Shown piece by piece: positions 38,271-53,010 of a stretch of 64,000 nucleotides of DNA. Each line of letters begins with the position of its first letter. Position 1 is the stretch's first letter. The translations under genes were made by a program, and so were the position numbers. Under the pieces are notes generated by a model that saw only the letters and a program-made list of their open reading frames with translations, searched no databases and was not told where the DNA came from. The stretch lies in assembly GCF_009914755.1 (NCBI RefSeq), contig NC_060947.1. One strand, 5' to 3'. The DNA comes from the human T2T-CHM13v2.0 reference genome, Homo sapiens.

Positions 38271-40574
38271 AGTAGAGCCCCTGTCAGATCATCAGTCGGC
38301 ATATCTACATGTCTACAACAGCATCATTCTAGGTCACAGGGCATCCCCCCACCCCAGGTTCATTCCTTCTGCAGACCACTCTAGAGAAAACTCCGGCCTA
38401 CCATATATAGATTGGTGTTCCTATATATGGTACTGGTTAGTTCACTTTTTCATTCCTCTGTTAAAGAAGGTATTTCCCAGCTTGAAATTTTTCATTTCTT
38501 TTTAGTTTCCAAACTAAAGTTTTTTAGTAAATAAAAATGCATACATTATTTCCTTATCCCTCATTGGATTAGAATGAAAGTAATATCTTTTTGAAAAGGC
38601 ATTAGTTTCAAAATACAAGTAACCAGAATACTCATTGAATGCTTTTATAATCAGGATATGCACAATTACCTCTAGTATATGGTCTCAATTCCTATTTCAT
38701 TATTTTTCTCCTGACAGTAAATATGCAAAACTCTTCTATATTTGAAGAGTTTTGTTTCACCAAGCCAAAAATCCCTCAAATATGAATCCTTCAAATTCTC
38801 TTTTAAAAAGTAAAATTAAAGCAGTAAAATAATCCTAACAAAAGGATAATAGTCAAAGTTGTGAGAGAAAAGGGTTTGGAGACTTTCAGCTACAATCAAA
38901 TCCATGAGATGTGAATAAACTGGAAAAGAATCATAGACATAATAAGGCTAAGACATAGCTAATGTTTTCTATATTGAGTGTGGTTAAGTGTTTTAGTGAA
39001 ATCAATTATTCCATTACAAAATTGTATAAATTCGGTAGTACTATTATTTTCACCATTTTATAGATGTAGAAACTGAGACACCAAGAAATTCTGTGAATTG
39101 CCCAAGGTCACAGAGCTAGTCATTGATGGAGTAGAAATGACCCCCAGGCAGCCTGACTCCACAGTTCACATGCTAACCCCTTGGTGACACAACTTCTTAA
39201 CATTGTGGTTCATCGCCAATATTCATAAGTGAAATAAATACTAAATTTCAGTTACAGGATAATGAAAAGAAATATTTAAGTCCTTAAGCCCCCTGAATTA
39301 ACTCTAGGTTAAGAAGCCCTGGTGTTGATAGACTTTAGAAGGCAGGTAACATGTCAATCTTATGAACTATTAAGTAGCTAGTACAAACCCTCAAACATAC
39401 ATGCACAATAGAAAAGACAGATTTGTGCTGCATTCCATCGGGTCGAATGCCATGATCCATGACTTGGCTCCCACAAAGCCCCAGTAACCCCTGCCTCTTT
39501 TGGTATCCAAAGTCATCCCACAGTCCTTGGGAACAAGGTCAGACATTAGACAGATACCCAAAATATCCTTGAAAAGTAAAAATAACGTATTATCAGAAAA
39601 CATTTAACCTGAAAAGGGCCAGAAATTTGGAAGATGAAAGTTCAGCGGTAGAAAATGACTTGCCAACACAGTGTGAACCACGTGGTTTGCCAGATGTTAA
39701 TTGCAATTGGCACTTCTGAGGCTGGTGTGAGATGTGTTGTCCTTCATATCCAAAGAGCTGTTTCTGACCTACTTTCTTCCTGACCGCCCCATTTGGAAAA
39801 AGGAGGAAAAAACTTTGAATTTGATTCTAAGTGTTTTACTGAGTTATTTTAATTATTTTGAAGGATAATGTGCTTTCATAAAACTTGAAATAGCAGTTTT
39901 CCTTAGAGCTCACACTTTATGTCAAGTGAGCAATTATGGCCTAGATTGAACACATTTGGACCTGACTCATTTTTCTATTAATATAGTAATAATCCCTCAT
40001 GAATATTCATAATTCCTTCATTCGTACTGTATTTGCACATCTCCTTCAGATGAAACATCTTAAAACTTCCATTTTATCATGGGAAAAATAGGCATAGCAA
40101 ATTTCAAACAAGTAACGTACATTTTTACCAAAATAGGGTTAGTTTTCTTCATTGATATTTAATTCTCAAATGAAACTCAAGCTGATTCAGACCTAGTCCT
40201 TGAAGGCTAACACATGAAATTCTTTCTTCCCACTCCCACATCATAAGGTCTCTCTGTCCCCTAGTAAAAGCATTGTTTATTCAATTCTTAACTGTTTAAA
40301 TGTTCTAAACTTCCATTCATTTGTTCAACAAATATTTACTGAGAGCCTCCCATATGATAGGTGATGAACTAGACCTGGCAATGCAATGATAAATAAGAAG
40401 TGTCCTGATCCCTGAGGGTCTCATAGTGAGGAAGACAGATAAACCTAACCAGACTATAAGCTGGTTGGTGGTGTAATAGAGGCAGTAACTGAAGGCTGTG
40501 TAAGTACTAGGGAACTTACAATTTATCTTCCTAGAATATTAAAGAAAGGTTTCAAAGAGATAATCACCTACGGA

Positions 40575-41169
40575 GCTTCAGGAGGAGGCTGGTCACCAGA
40601 AAGACCAAGGCATGTTTAGAGGTTTGTGACTTTCAGCCCCACTCCCTGACCTCAGGGAGGTGAACATGTGGAGGTTTCCGGAGGGTGACCCACTAGGAAG
40701 GGCATGGAAGCTCTACACCCCTTCTCACATGTTTTGCCACATGTATCTCTTTATCTGTATCCTTTGTAAATCCTTTATGATAAACTGGTAAACATAATTA
40801 AGTGCTTCCTTGAATTCTGTGACCTGATCTAGCAAATTAATTGAACACAAGAAGAGGATCATGGGATCCCCAATTTATTGCCAATCGGTCAGAAGCACAG
40901 GTCAAACAAACTGGGGCTTGCAACTGGCATCAAAAGTGGGAGCAGTTTTGTGAGACTGATCCCTCAACCTGTGGGATCTGATGCTATCTCCAGTAATGTC
41001 AGAATTGAATTAGAGGACACAAAACTGGCGTCTGCTACAGAATTGATTGTTTGCTTGCTGGTAAGGAAAAAACCCCATACATTTGTCGCTGAAGTCTTCC
41101 ATGTTGATTGTTATTGAGTAAGAGAAAAGAAAAAGAACTTTGAGTTTAAGTGTGTTTTTTCCACTCACA
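40575..41169 (+). mobile_element. MER21-like LTR (partial)
   Basis: ggctggtcaccagaaagaccaaggcatg...ggcatggaagctct...ccctcaacctgtgggatctgatgctatctccag. Confidence 0.75.
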
Positions 41170-41649
41170 GCTTAAATAAAATGACATCCCAGGGTATGAT
41201 GTTAAATTGCTAATGAGTTGATTAAATCAGGGAGGTCAAATGCCACGGGCAAAATTATAGGACAAGACTGCAATGGAAAAAAGCTTCATTTCAATGGAAA
41301 ATTTGCCTCAGATATGTGTTTTGGAAACACACTGGGGTTTATATCTGGCAGCAATGTGGATCATGCCCATTCACTCATTCTTTACTGTCACCCTAATTAA
41401 CCACCAGTGCCTTATGCAGACTTGCCCAGGAGGGAGGAGATTGTAGCCTTAAATATAAAAGGAGAGTGCTAGAAAGAAAAATTGAGGAAAGATGAAGTAT
41501 GAGGCATAATGGTATGAAATAAGATAATGAAAAAATTGAAAAAAGCTGAGGGAGAACAGAGTAGAGGTAAAGGTGCTGAACCTGAATCTGTTTACTAGTG
41601 ATTGAGAAGAAGAGTATAATATATAATAAGTATATAATAGCTTACCTCT

Positions 41650-42040
41650 GCTGTGTACTGGCTGGACTTCCAACTATCGGCACCTGTAGCCCTTTGCTCG
41701 AGAGCCTTTTTGGCTGCTACCACCCACTCTAGGGCGCACACAAAGGCTAGAAGGGGCAGAGGATTAAGGGCTCCTGGGAACAGTCCTCAACCAATGTCTG
41801 GCAGGAACTGTTAGATAAATCTCCCAGCTCCTGTGCCCCTTGGATGGGATAACTCTGAGATATGTGTTTTATCTTTCAAACCAGACTAAGCTCTTATTGC
41901 CCAGAGTGGGCACCCTTGATGACACATTCTTATTAGCTGCCTTCCCTGCCCTTTCTCACTTCCCCACTCCGCTACTGGTATCTCCTAGGATCACCTCACA
42001 AAGAAACAACTTGTACTTGAATTCTCATCCCAACTGTTGA
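41650..42040 (+). mobile_element. ERVL LTR16-like LTR
   Basis: cctcaaccaatg...ggatgggataactctgag...ggatcacctc. Confidence 0.55.
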
Positions 42041-42507
42041 TTAGAAAGAAAGTAGGTGTGAGGGAACAAATGAGAATGGAAAAGTGAAAGGTTGAAAAGT
42101 GAATATGAAAAACAAAACAGTAAGAGGCAGGAAAGACAAAAAGGAAAGTTGCCACATCCTTGAAGAGATGAAACAGAAGAATCCAACTATATATCCCTTA
42201 AAGCAGAGGTTTTTAACTTGGACTGCACGTTAAAATCGCCTACGATTAATAAAAACAAAAACTAACAGTACTCAGGTCCCATGCACATAACAATTATAAA
42301 TGTACAAGGTCTGTCTCCTGCATCTCCTGCCCTCCAGTCCCTCCTCTCATAGTTGATACTGTGTTGTTGTGATCAAGGGAATAGGTAGAAATGCATACTT
42401 GTTAGAGCAAGTGGCTGGAAATGAATGAAAAAGGAAGGAGAAAGAAAAGAAAAGCTAGCTGAGTATTGAATAAATATCTGCATCACTCTTGAAGTCTTTG
42501 GAATTAG

Positions 42508-42830
<323 letters not shown>

Positions 42831-44849
42831 TAAATGTACCACCACACTGAGGCTGGCCTCAAGGTGGTCTAGTTTTTTCACATTCAAAATAACAATTTTT
42901 CTAATATGCATTTAATCTACAAAATCTGCAAGAGGAATAAATAAATATGCCTAAGAGAGAACACGTGGCTGGGCCCAGGAGTTCCTTTTACTTCACTTGG
43001 GACAAATCCAGTAGACTAGATGACTCTGATTAATGATCTCTATTGTCTTGATTTGGGAGTAAAAAATAATTTCTGATTTGATTTTGGACAAGCTTTTAAG
43101 GAAAACAATCAGACTGGTCAATGTTTGTTAAGCATTGGATTGGCAGGAAGTCCCAGGTTGGGAATAGATTAAGGATCAACCCCAGGGATTATTATTGAGT
43201 GAACCAAGAGTTCTTAGTTTAATGAATGGGATGAAAATAAACACTGCAACACATGCAAGTCCCCCAGATTTTATCTCCTCAAAAAGGAGGATGAAAATTA
43301 GTGACATATATATTAGCAACACCCCCGCCCCCAAAGAAATCTATAGCAAATTTAGAACTGGAAGAAAAATCAAGTTCACTTTCATTCTTCAGTTACTCTT
43401 CATTGGTATCATTATACTACCATTTTAAAGATGATTGGTGGTAGATGATGTTGTAGGTGCAATAGAAAGAGTTGGACTTTGAAGTAAACACAATTGGATA
43501 TGAATCTCAGGTCACTAGGTATATGTTCTGGCGAATACTTCATTGTGTTGTTGCCAGGATTAAATGAGATAGAGAAATACAGAGCATGTGCCTAGTGCAT
43601 AGCAACTGCTCAATAAAATTGACCAGTAGTCATCACAGTAGCATTAGTAATAATAATATTAATATTATATAATAACTTTTCTGAACTTCATTTTCTTCAT
43701 CTATAAAGTGAAACAAATAAGACCGACTTTGTAAAATTCTGAGAATAAGTTTGCAAATGAAATAACTTATTTAAAATGCCTAGAGCAGCATCTGGTTCAA
43801 AGCAGGCATTCGATTAATGCAGCAGCTATTGTTATTGGCTTGTTTTTGTTTGTCCAGGACCTCATGACCTTTTCTCACTGATCCTTGTCCCCATCCCCTG
43901 GACATTTCTTCAAAACCCCTGGAGGTCAGTTTTGTGGCAGTGACCCATAGTTATCTCTCCACCATGGTACACACAACATGCAATTACAAATGTCTATTAT
44001 CTTCATTAAAACAATAGTTAGGAAAGCAAAGCTGGTTTGGGTTTGGTTGTTATTCTAAGTTCTCCTTCCCTGATTCCTTTGGCATTCTTTTCTGCACTGG
44101 CACTTTTTAACTGCTACCAACCTCCTTTTAGTCACTGTTTAAATATAAGTATTTTTTATCTGAGGGAAGGAAGCTGAATTATTGCATAAGACAGTCCTCA
44201 GGGCAGTTGCATTTGAAGACCTCTACTCCAGACAGATTGTGATATAGTGAAATCTCCATTCTGAACAGCCTTGTGCAATTTTTTGCTTGGACAATGGAAG
44301 GAGCAGCCCAAAGAACAGGTAAAATGGGAGAGAACCAAAATCCTACTCTTATGAAACACAGGATAAGCCAAGTGGTATCAAGTGGACGATGAAAAATGAA
44401 GGCTGCTTCTTGTTTGGTAACTTATTTATAAGCCTCAAGTAATCTCCATTTTGTTGAAAGGGACCTTTAATCTTTGAAATAGGTCAAATCCAAGCTTTGA
44501 TTAAACACCTTTATGGTGAATTTCTGAAGCATCTGAATTTACAAAATGTGGCTCCTGAGAAAGTGAACTGTGCAGAGAAATCTGGCTCATGATGACAAAC
44601 TCAAGCACAGAAGAAACAATCATCTCCTGTTCCACTCAGGTTGCTGAGGTTGCTTTTTCATTTTTTTTCAATTTCCTTTTGATTTAATGTTAATCGTTTC
44701 AAACAAGCAATGAATATAGACTAAACATGGTCTACATTTTTATTAACTATTAAATCCTACAGGACTAGCATTCCCATTTTCCATTTCCTCTCCTCTGTCC
44801 CAATTCAACAAAATTATGAAATAAAATACAGACTGATTCAATCAGCTTA

Positions 44850-45820
44850 TTATTTTCAAAAACATATTAATTTTTTGAATAGTAAATTAATCGATGTTCA
44901 TTGTAAAAGGTATGCAGAAATTTCACAAAGGCCAAAAGGGAGAAAAAAATCACACATAACCCCACCAGAGAAATAAACACTATTAACATGTTGATGAAGA
45001 TTGTGCTTGTACTTTTCCATGCATTTATATGTTTATTTCATCAGAATCATAGTACACATATTGCTTTTGTGATCACACTTTAAAGTCATTCAATATCTCT
45101 CTCAGCATGATTTTAAATGGCTGCATAGTATTCCATCAAATAGATAATTTAGATAGCCAATCCCAAATTTTTGAACATTTGGGTTGTTTCTAGGTATTTT
45201 TGTTATTTTGACACTTCAGGGAACATTCCTGTACATATATCTTTGGGCACATCCATGAATATTTCTCTAAGATAAATTCCCAAGAGCGAAGTTTCTGTTC
45301 AAATGGCATGCTCATTTTAAGAGTGTTTTAAGGATATTTTTTACTTTGTAGAGCCTACCACAATTGCAACTAAATGACTATTCTTGTAATTATTTTTCCA
45401 GTGACTGACTTTCCAAGTAGTTAACAAATTCCAACAGTTTGGCTCCCAATCTATATCTCCCTCACTGTCTTTCATGCCTGAAAAAAAAGTGTAAAAATCT
45501 TTTGTCAAGAACATGTGTCTATGTTTTTAGCTTGGGAAACATGGTAGCCATAACCATATGCCATGAAAGCAAAATATTCAGTAAAGTTTCAGATATTTGC
45601 ACACCTAACATTGAGTTGTTCCTTATATCCAGTAACTTCTAGAAGGGCAGGCATCTCATATCTGCTTACACCTGTGTCTGCAGATACAGTATAGCAGCTG
45701 GCACATAGTATAAGCTCAAAAACAATTTCCTGAATGAATACATGAATGAATGGTCACCTGGTAAGGGGTATATCAATTTACATTCCCACCAATAATGAGA
45801 AGAGCTTCTCTCTCACAATC
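44850..45820. mobile_element. Ancient reverse L1M fragment with a nested L2 3' end (~45350-45752)
   Basis: L1 text (ggctgcatagtattccat; aatttacattcccacca) flanks L2 text ending ctggcacatagta...tgaatgaa. Confidence 0.55.
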
Positions 45821-46921
45821 TCAGTCAGCTAACTTTTAGGCAAAAATTCTACATATCCCACAAGTGCTCAGTTGTTTAAGAAAATATATTTTAATAGCTT
45901 AAGCAGATAAAACTATCTAAAGGAGTCACTCAGTCATACCAAATTTAAAAGCATATGATGTTTATTTACCCACATCACATGTAATATGATGATCATTCTA
46001 GAGGAACAGTGTCTAATAGAAATATGATGTAAGCCACACATATCATTTTAAACTTTCTAGTAGCCACAATTTTAAAATTAATAAGAACTGAATGAAATCA
46101 CTTTTAAATATATTTTATTTAATCCAATATTTCTAAAATATCACTCCAACATGTATTAAATATTGATAATAAAAATTACCAATAGTTTATATTCTTCTTC
46201 TCATACTGTGTTCAAAATCCAGTGTGTTTTACAGCACAACACAACTCGGACACAAAATTTCCATCAGAAATACTTGACCTCTGTTTAGATTCCATAACAT
46301 TTACAGTTGTTCCATACTCAAGGGGTTCCGAATACTCATACCTAAATTCTTCCAAATATACTTCAAAGTTTTTCAATTACTGAATCGAGTCATTTTTAAT
46401 TCAAATTAAATAAAATTAAATTCCTCAGTCACACTCATCATATTTCGAATGCTCAATAGCCACACATAGCTAGTGGCTATTATATTGAACAGTGTTGCAG
46501 AGGCCAACCCTTTACGTGTCTTTTGTATGGTCCATTAGCATTTAATAAGTTATCATACAAATTAGTTCTTATCATCCCTGTTTTCAGATGAGGACATAGA
46601 AGCTTTGAGAAATTGTCACTCATATAAGACCATACAGCTAGAGATTAGTTAAGACTCACATCTAGGCATGTGGCCCCCAGATGCTGAATCCTTTCCTCTG
46701 TCTCACTAGCTGAAAGAACAGCAAAATGAAACATCTGTGTTAGGTGTGCAAATATCTGAAACTTTCCTAGATACTTTGCTTTCATGGCATATGGTTATGG
46801 CTACCATGTTGCCCAAATTAAAAACATAGACACATGGTTTTGACAAAAGATTTTTGCACTTCTTTCAGGCGTAAAAGACAGTGAGAGATAGATAGTTTGG
46901 AAACTAAAATGCTAGAATTTG
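45425..46921. repeat. Inverted repeat pair A: arms 45425-45610 and 46738-46921, spacer 1127 bp
   Basis: By-hand alignment gives about 23 mismatches plus one small gap over ~185 bp, including an exact 36-bp block AACATGGTAGCCATAACCATATGCCATGAAAGCAAA. Confidence 0.95.
46007..46497. mobile_element. MER33/Charlie1-like hAT element
   Basis: cagtgtctaatagaaatat...tttctagtagccaca...ctcaatagccacacatagctagtggctattatattgaacagtg. Confidence 0.75.
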
Positions 46922-49284
46922 AGGACATTTCAATAGTTTATAGCAGTGGTTTCTAACTTCTTTTAGGCAGCAGAACCTGTTTGTCCATGAGATCTTAGGT
47001 AGAACGCCAGTGTATAAAATCATCAAAGCTGCTGTACTAAATCACAGGTAAGGGCGCCCAGAGTATTGCCACTCGACATCCTCCTCTGCCAAATCCTCTC
47101 CTCACCATGGCAGCCCCTGAGGTAAAACCCCAGAACCCAAAAATGGCATGAAACAGCATTTTAAAACCCCCCTTCAGAAAGGACCTCTGCTTTCAGAAAG
47201 ATGAAATAGATGTATTTTTCCCTATTTCAACAACTAAGTACAGCTAAACCCCCCCGGACATTATATATAAAACAAATATGAGAAGACCCAGAAAGGTGGA
47301 AAGGAAATGGTAGATGAACCAAGGGCCTTGGGGCCTGAAGAACAGCACAGTGGTAAATTCCTTCTTTTTTTGTTTGATTTTTGTTTTTGCCACAAATATA
47401 CCAGCCTGGATGCTGGAGAAGCCAGCAAACTGGAAAGTCCAATGGGCGCAGACAAGAAAAGCCTGCACTCTCTAACCAGAGGACCAGGAAACGGACAGCC
47501 TAGAAAGACAGAAAACTTTTAGACAATAACTTCTTTACTCCAGCTAAACACAATAGAGAATACTACAGCCCCTACCCCCATCTTCATCAGCAAATGGTGA
47601 ATGGGAAAACCATACTTCCACACTTGCCAGCCTGTAACAAGGCACCACAAAACCCCCCTCTCCCACCAGGGTGTTGTCAGAGAAGGCCACATGAGGACTT
47701 TATTTCTGCTCACCCACCTCCTGGTGTCTGTGGAGACTACGTGGGGAACCTGGACTTTCATTCCCATTTGGCAGTAATGAAGCACCCCTCGCGCAACTGG
47801 AGTGGTGTCAGAGGAGGCCTGATGAAGAGTTAAGACTTTCACCACCACCCAGTGGTCATGAGGCCTCCCGCCCATGGTGTCAATGGAGGCTACATGGGGA
47901 GCAGTAAAGTACTGCTGTTTCTTACAGTCACAGTTATATGGGCAGAAGCCTACTAAGGAAGAAACCTGAATTCCCACCACAACCCAGCAGTAATCAGAAG
48001 TCCCTCCTCCACCCCCAGGTATCACTGGAAGCCAATGGAGAGCCTAGATTTGTAGTGCCACCTGGAAGTAACAAGGCAGCACCCCTCCTTCTCTCTGCCA
48101 GAGTGATGTCAAGAGATGCTAGCTAAAACAGAACATTTAAATAAGACCCAGAATCTCATAACATAATAACCAAGATGTTCACCTTTCAACCAAAAATTAT
48201 TCTTCATGCCAAGAACCAGGAAGGTCTCAACTTGAACAAGAAAAACAATCAACAGATACGATTGCTGAGATGACACAGATGTTACAATTATCTGACAAGA
48301 ATTTTGAAGAAACCATCATAAAAATGCTTCAAGAAGCAATTATGAACATGCTTGAAATGAATAAAAATCAGAAAGTCTCAGCAGAGAAATAGAAAATACA
48401 AAGAAAAACCAAATGAAAATTTTAGAACTGAAAAATACAATAACCAAAATTTTAGAAAAACCTCAATAGATGTGCTTGAAAGCAAAATGTAGAGGTTAGA
48501 TGACAGATAATCAGTGAATTTGAATATAGAACAATAGAAATTACCCAATCTGAACAACAGAGACAAGATCAACTGAAAAAAAAATGAATAGAACCTCAGA
48601 GACCTGTGGAACTATAACAAATGATGTAACATCTATATCATCAGAGTCTCAAGATGAAAGGAGAAAGAGGGTCAGGCTAAAAAAGTGTTTCAAGAAATAA
48701 TGGCTAAAAAAATTCCAAATTTGGAATAAGACATAAACATATCCAAGAAGCTAAGCTCACCCCAAACAGGATAAACCCAAGGAATTTCACAGAAAGATAC
48801 ATTAGAGTCAAACTTCTGAAAATTAAAGACAAAGTAAAAATCTTAAAAGCAGTGAGAGAGAAATGACACCTAACCTGTAGGGGAAAAACAATTCAAATAA
48901 TATCAGGCTTCTCACAAGAAACTAAGAAGGCCAGAAAGAAGTGTCACAAGATTTCTCAAGTCCTGAAGAAAGAGAAAAGAAGAACTGCCAATCCAGAATT
49001 TTATATCAGTGAAGATATCCTTTGAGAATAAAGGGGGAAGCAAAGACATTCTCAGATGAAGGAAAAATAAGGAATCTGTCACCAGCAGACCTATGCTGAA
49101 ATAATAGCTAATGGAAATTCTCTAGACAGAAAGGAAATGATCAAAGAAGGAAATCTTGGAACATTAGAGAGAAAGAAACAATAATAGAATAAAAATATGG
49201 GTAAATACAATAGGCCTTCCTTCTCTTCTTGAGTTTTCTAAATTATGTTTGACAGTTGAAGCAAAAATTATAACATTGACTGGT

Positions 49285-49641
49285 TGATAATGGTTTGGCT
49301 GTGTCCCCACCCAAATCTCATCTTGAATTATAGCTCCCATGATTCCCACATGTCATGGGAGGGACCCAGTGGGAGGTAATTGAATCATGGGGACAGGTCT
49401 TTCCCATGCTGTTCTCATGATAGTCAATAAGTTCATGAGATCTGATGGTTTTATAAAGGGCAGTACTCCTGCACATGCTCTCTTGCCTGCTGCCATGTAA
49501 GACGTGACTTTGCTCCTCACTCGCCCTCTGCCCGATTGTGAGGCCTCCACAGTCATGTGGAACTGTGAGTCAACTAAACTTCTTTCCTTTATAAATTACC
49601 CAGTCTTGGGTATGTCTTTATTAGCAGCATGAGAGCAGACT
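49285..49641 (+). mobile_element. THE1 (MaLR) solo LTR missing its last few bases
   Basis: tgataatggtttggctgtgtccccacccaaatctcatcttgaatt...ataaattacccagtcttggg...gcagact. Confidence 0.9.
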
Positions 49642-50508
49642 GGTGTAGTTCTCAATGTATGTAGAGAAAATATTTAAGACAATTATAAATGGGGGGAGAG
49701 TAAAGGGACACAAAGGTAAGTAAGGTTTTCACATTTCACTTGGACTGATAAAAAATGTTGACACTAGTAGATCTAGTAAGTTATATATATGCAATATAGT
49801 AAAGTTATTCAAAGAGGTACACTCCGTAACACAATAAATCAAATAAACACAAATAAATTACAAAAAACAAAAATAAAATGGAATTCTAAAGAATGTTCAA
49901 GTAACCTACAGGGGGAAAAACAGGAGAAAAAACAGAGAAATGAAAAACAGAGAGAACAAACAGAAAATAAAAAAGAAACTGGCAGACTCAAGCCATAGCA
50001 TATGAATAATTACATTAAATGTCAAAAGTCTAAATACACCAAGTAAGAAATTGTCAAAATGAATTTTTAAAAAATGTAACCTAACTATATACTGTCTACA
50101 AGAAAACTCACTTCAAATCTAATCATACAGGTAAGCTAAAAGTAAAAGGATGAAAAAGATATACCATGCAAACATTAATCCAAAGAAAGTAGGATTTGTT
50201 ATATTAATATAAGATAGTAAAGTTCAGAGCAAAGAAAATGACCAGGGACAGAGAGGGACATTAGATAATAAAAGGGCTAAACAGCCAAGAAGACAAAGTA
50301 ATCCTAGTGCGTAAAACAGCAGAGCTGAAAAATATGTGAAACAAAAACCGACAGAACTAAAATGAGAAATAGAAAAATCCTCAGCAACTGATAGAACGAC
50401 AACTAGAAAAAAATCTCCAAGCATATAGAAAAGAGCAACCCCATCGGCCAACATGATCTAATCACCATTGATAGAACACTCCACCAAAGAACAGTAGAAT
50501 ATACATTA

Positions 50509-51508
<1,000 letters not shown>

Positions 51509-52259
51509 GAATATACATTACTTGCAAGTGCCCACAGAAAATACACTGAGATAGACATATTCTGGGCCACAAAACAAACCTCAATAAATTCAATGAATTG
51601 CAATCATACAGAATGTATTCTCTTTCCACCATGGAATCAAACTAGAAATCATTAACAGAAAGCTAACCAAAAAATCCCCAAACATGTGAAACCTAAATAA
51701 CATGCTTCTAAGTATTCCAGTGGTCAAAGAGGAAGTCTCCAGAGAAATTATAACAAATACATTAAATGAAATGACAGTGAAAACAAAAAATATCAAAGGT
51801 TGTGGAACACAGCTAAAGCAGTGCTGAAAGGTAAATTTACAGCATATATTAGAAAAGAAGAAAGGTCTCAAATGAATAATCTAAGCTCCTACCTTCAGAA
51901 CCTAGAAATAGAGCAAAATAAACCCAAAGCAAGCAGAAGGAAGGAAATAATAAAGATAAAAGCAGTAGTCAGTGAAATTGAAAACAGAAAAACAATAAAG
52001 AAAATTGGTGAAAAACAGCAATCTCAAAAGGTCGCAGACTGTATTATTCCAATTATATAACATTCTCCAAATGACAAAAACATAGATGGAGAACAAATCA
52101 GTGATTGCCAAGGGTTGAAAAGGATGTGGGGAGATGGTGGGTATAACTGTATATGGGTGGCATGAGGGAAGTCTTTGTGATGATGGAACAGTTCCACATC
52201 TTGATTATGGTTCCTTGAATCTGTAACTATTTCAAAATTAAAAGATTTTTTTAAACGGT

Positions 52260-53010
52260 AAGACTGAACCATATCAAATGTTGGTAAGAATGTGGAGTAA
52301 CTGAAACATTCATACACTGCTGGTGGTCATATACAGTGATACAATCACTTTGGGAAACAGTCTGACCACACATATTAAAGCTATACATATATGTATATGC
52401 ATATGTGTGTGTGTGTGTGTGTGTGTGTGTATACACACACATATACATACATATATCTTTTGGTTTGACAATTTCACTCCTTGGTATATACTCAAGTGAA
52501 ATAAGAGCATATATCCACCGAAAGATATGTCGAAGAATGCTCATAGTACTTTTATTTATAATATCCAAAGACTAGAAGCAACTCAAATGTCCATAACCAT
52601 TAAAATACATGAGTAATTAAGGTATATTCGTACAACTGAAATGAGACAGCCCTGAAAAGAATTGGCTACTGCTACACGCAACCACATTGAGGAATCTTAG
52701 AGACACTTTGTTGAGCAAAAGAAACTACACACAAAAGAATACATATTTTATGATTCCTTTTATGCAAAAATCAAAAACTGGTAAAACCAACCAATAGAGG
52801 TGATGGAAGTCAGAACACTGATTATCTCAGGCGAGGAGTATGGGTGTGGACTGGGAAAGGGCATGAAGGAGCCTTCTGAGGCTGTGGAAATAATCTATAT
52901 CTTACCCTGAGTGGTATTTACATGGGTATATACCTATGTAAAACTTCATTAAGCTTATACTTAAGATTAGTGCACTTCACTGAATGTAAGTAAAAATAAT
53001 AAGTAAAAAA
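52260..53010 (+). mobile_element. Ancient L1M 3' fragment containing a (TG)n microsatellite (~52385-52455)
   Basis: aaatgttggtaagaatgtggagtaactgaa...caatttcactccttggtatata...ttaagattagtgcacttcactg. Confidence 0.75.
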
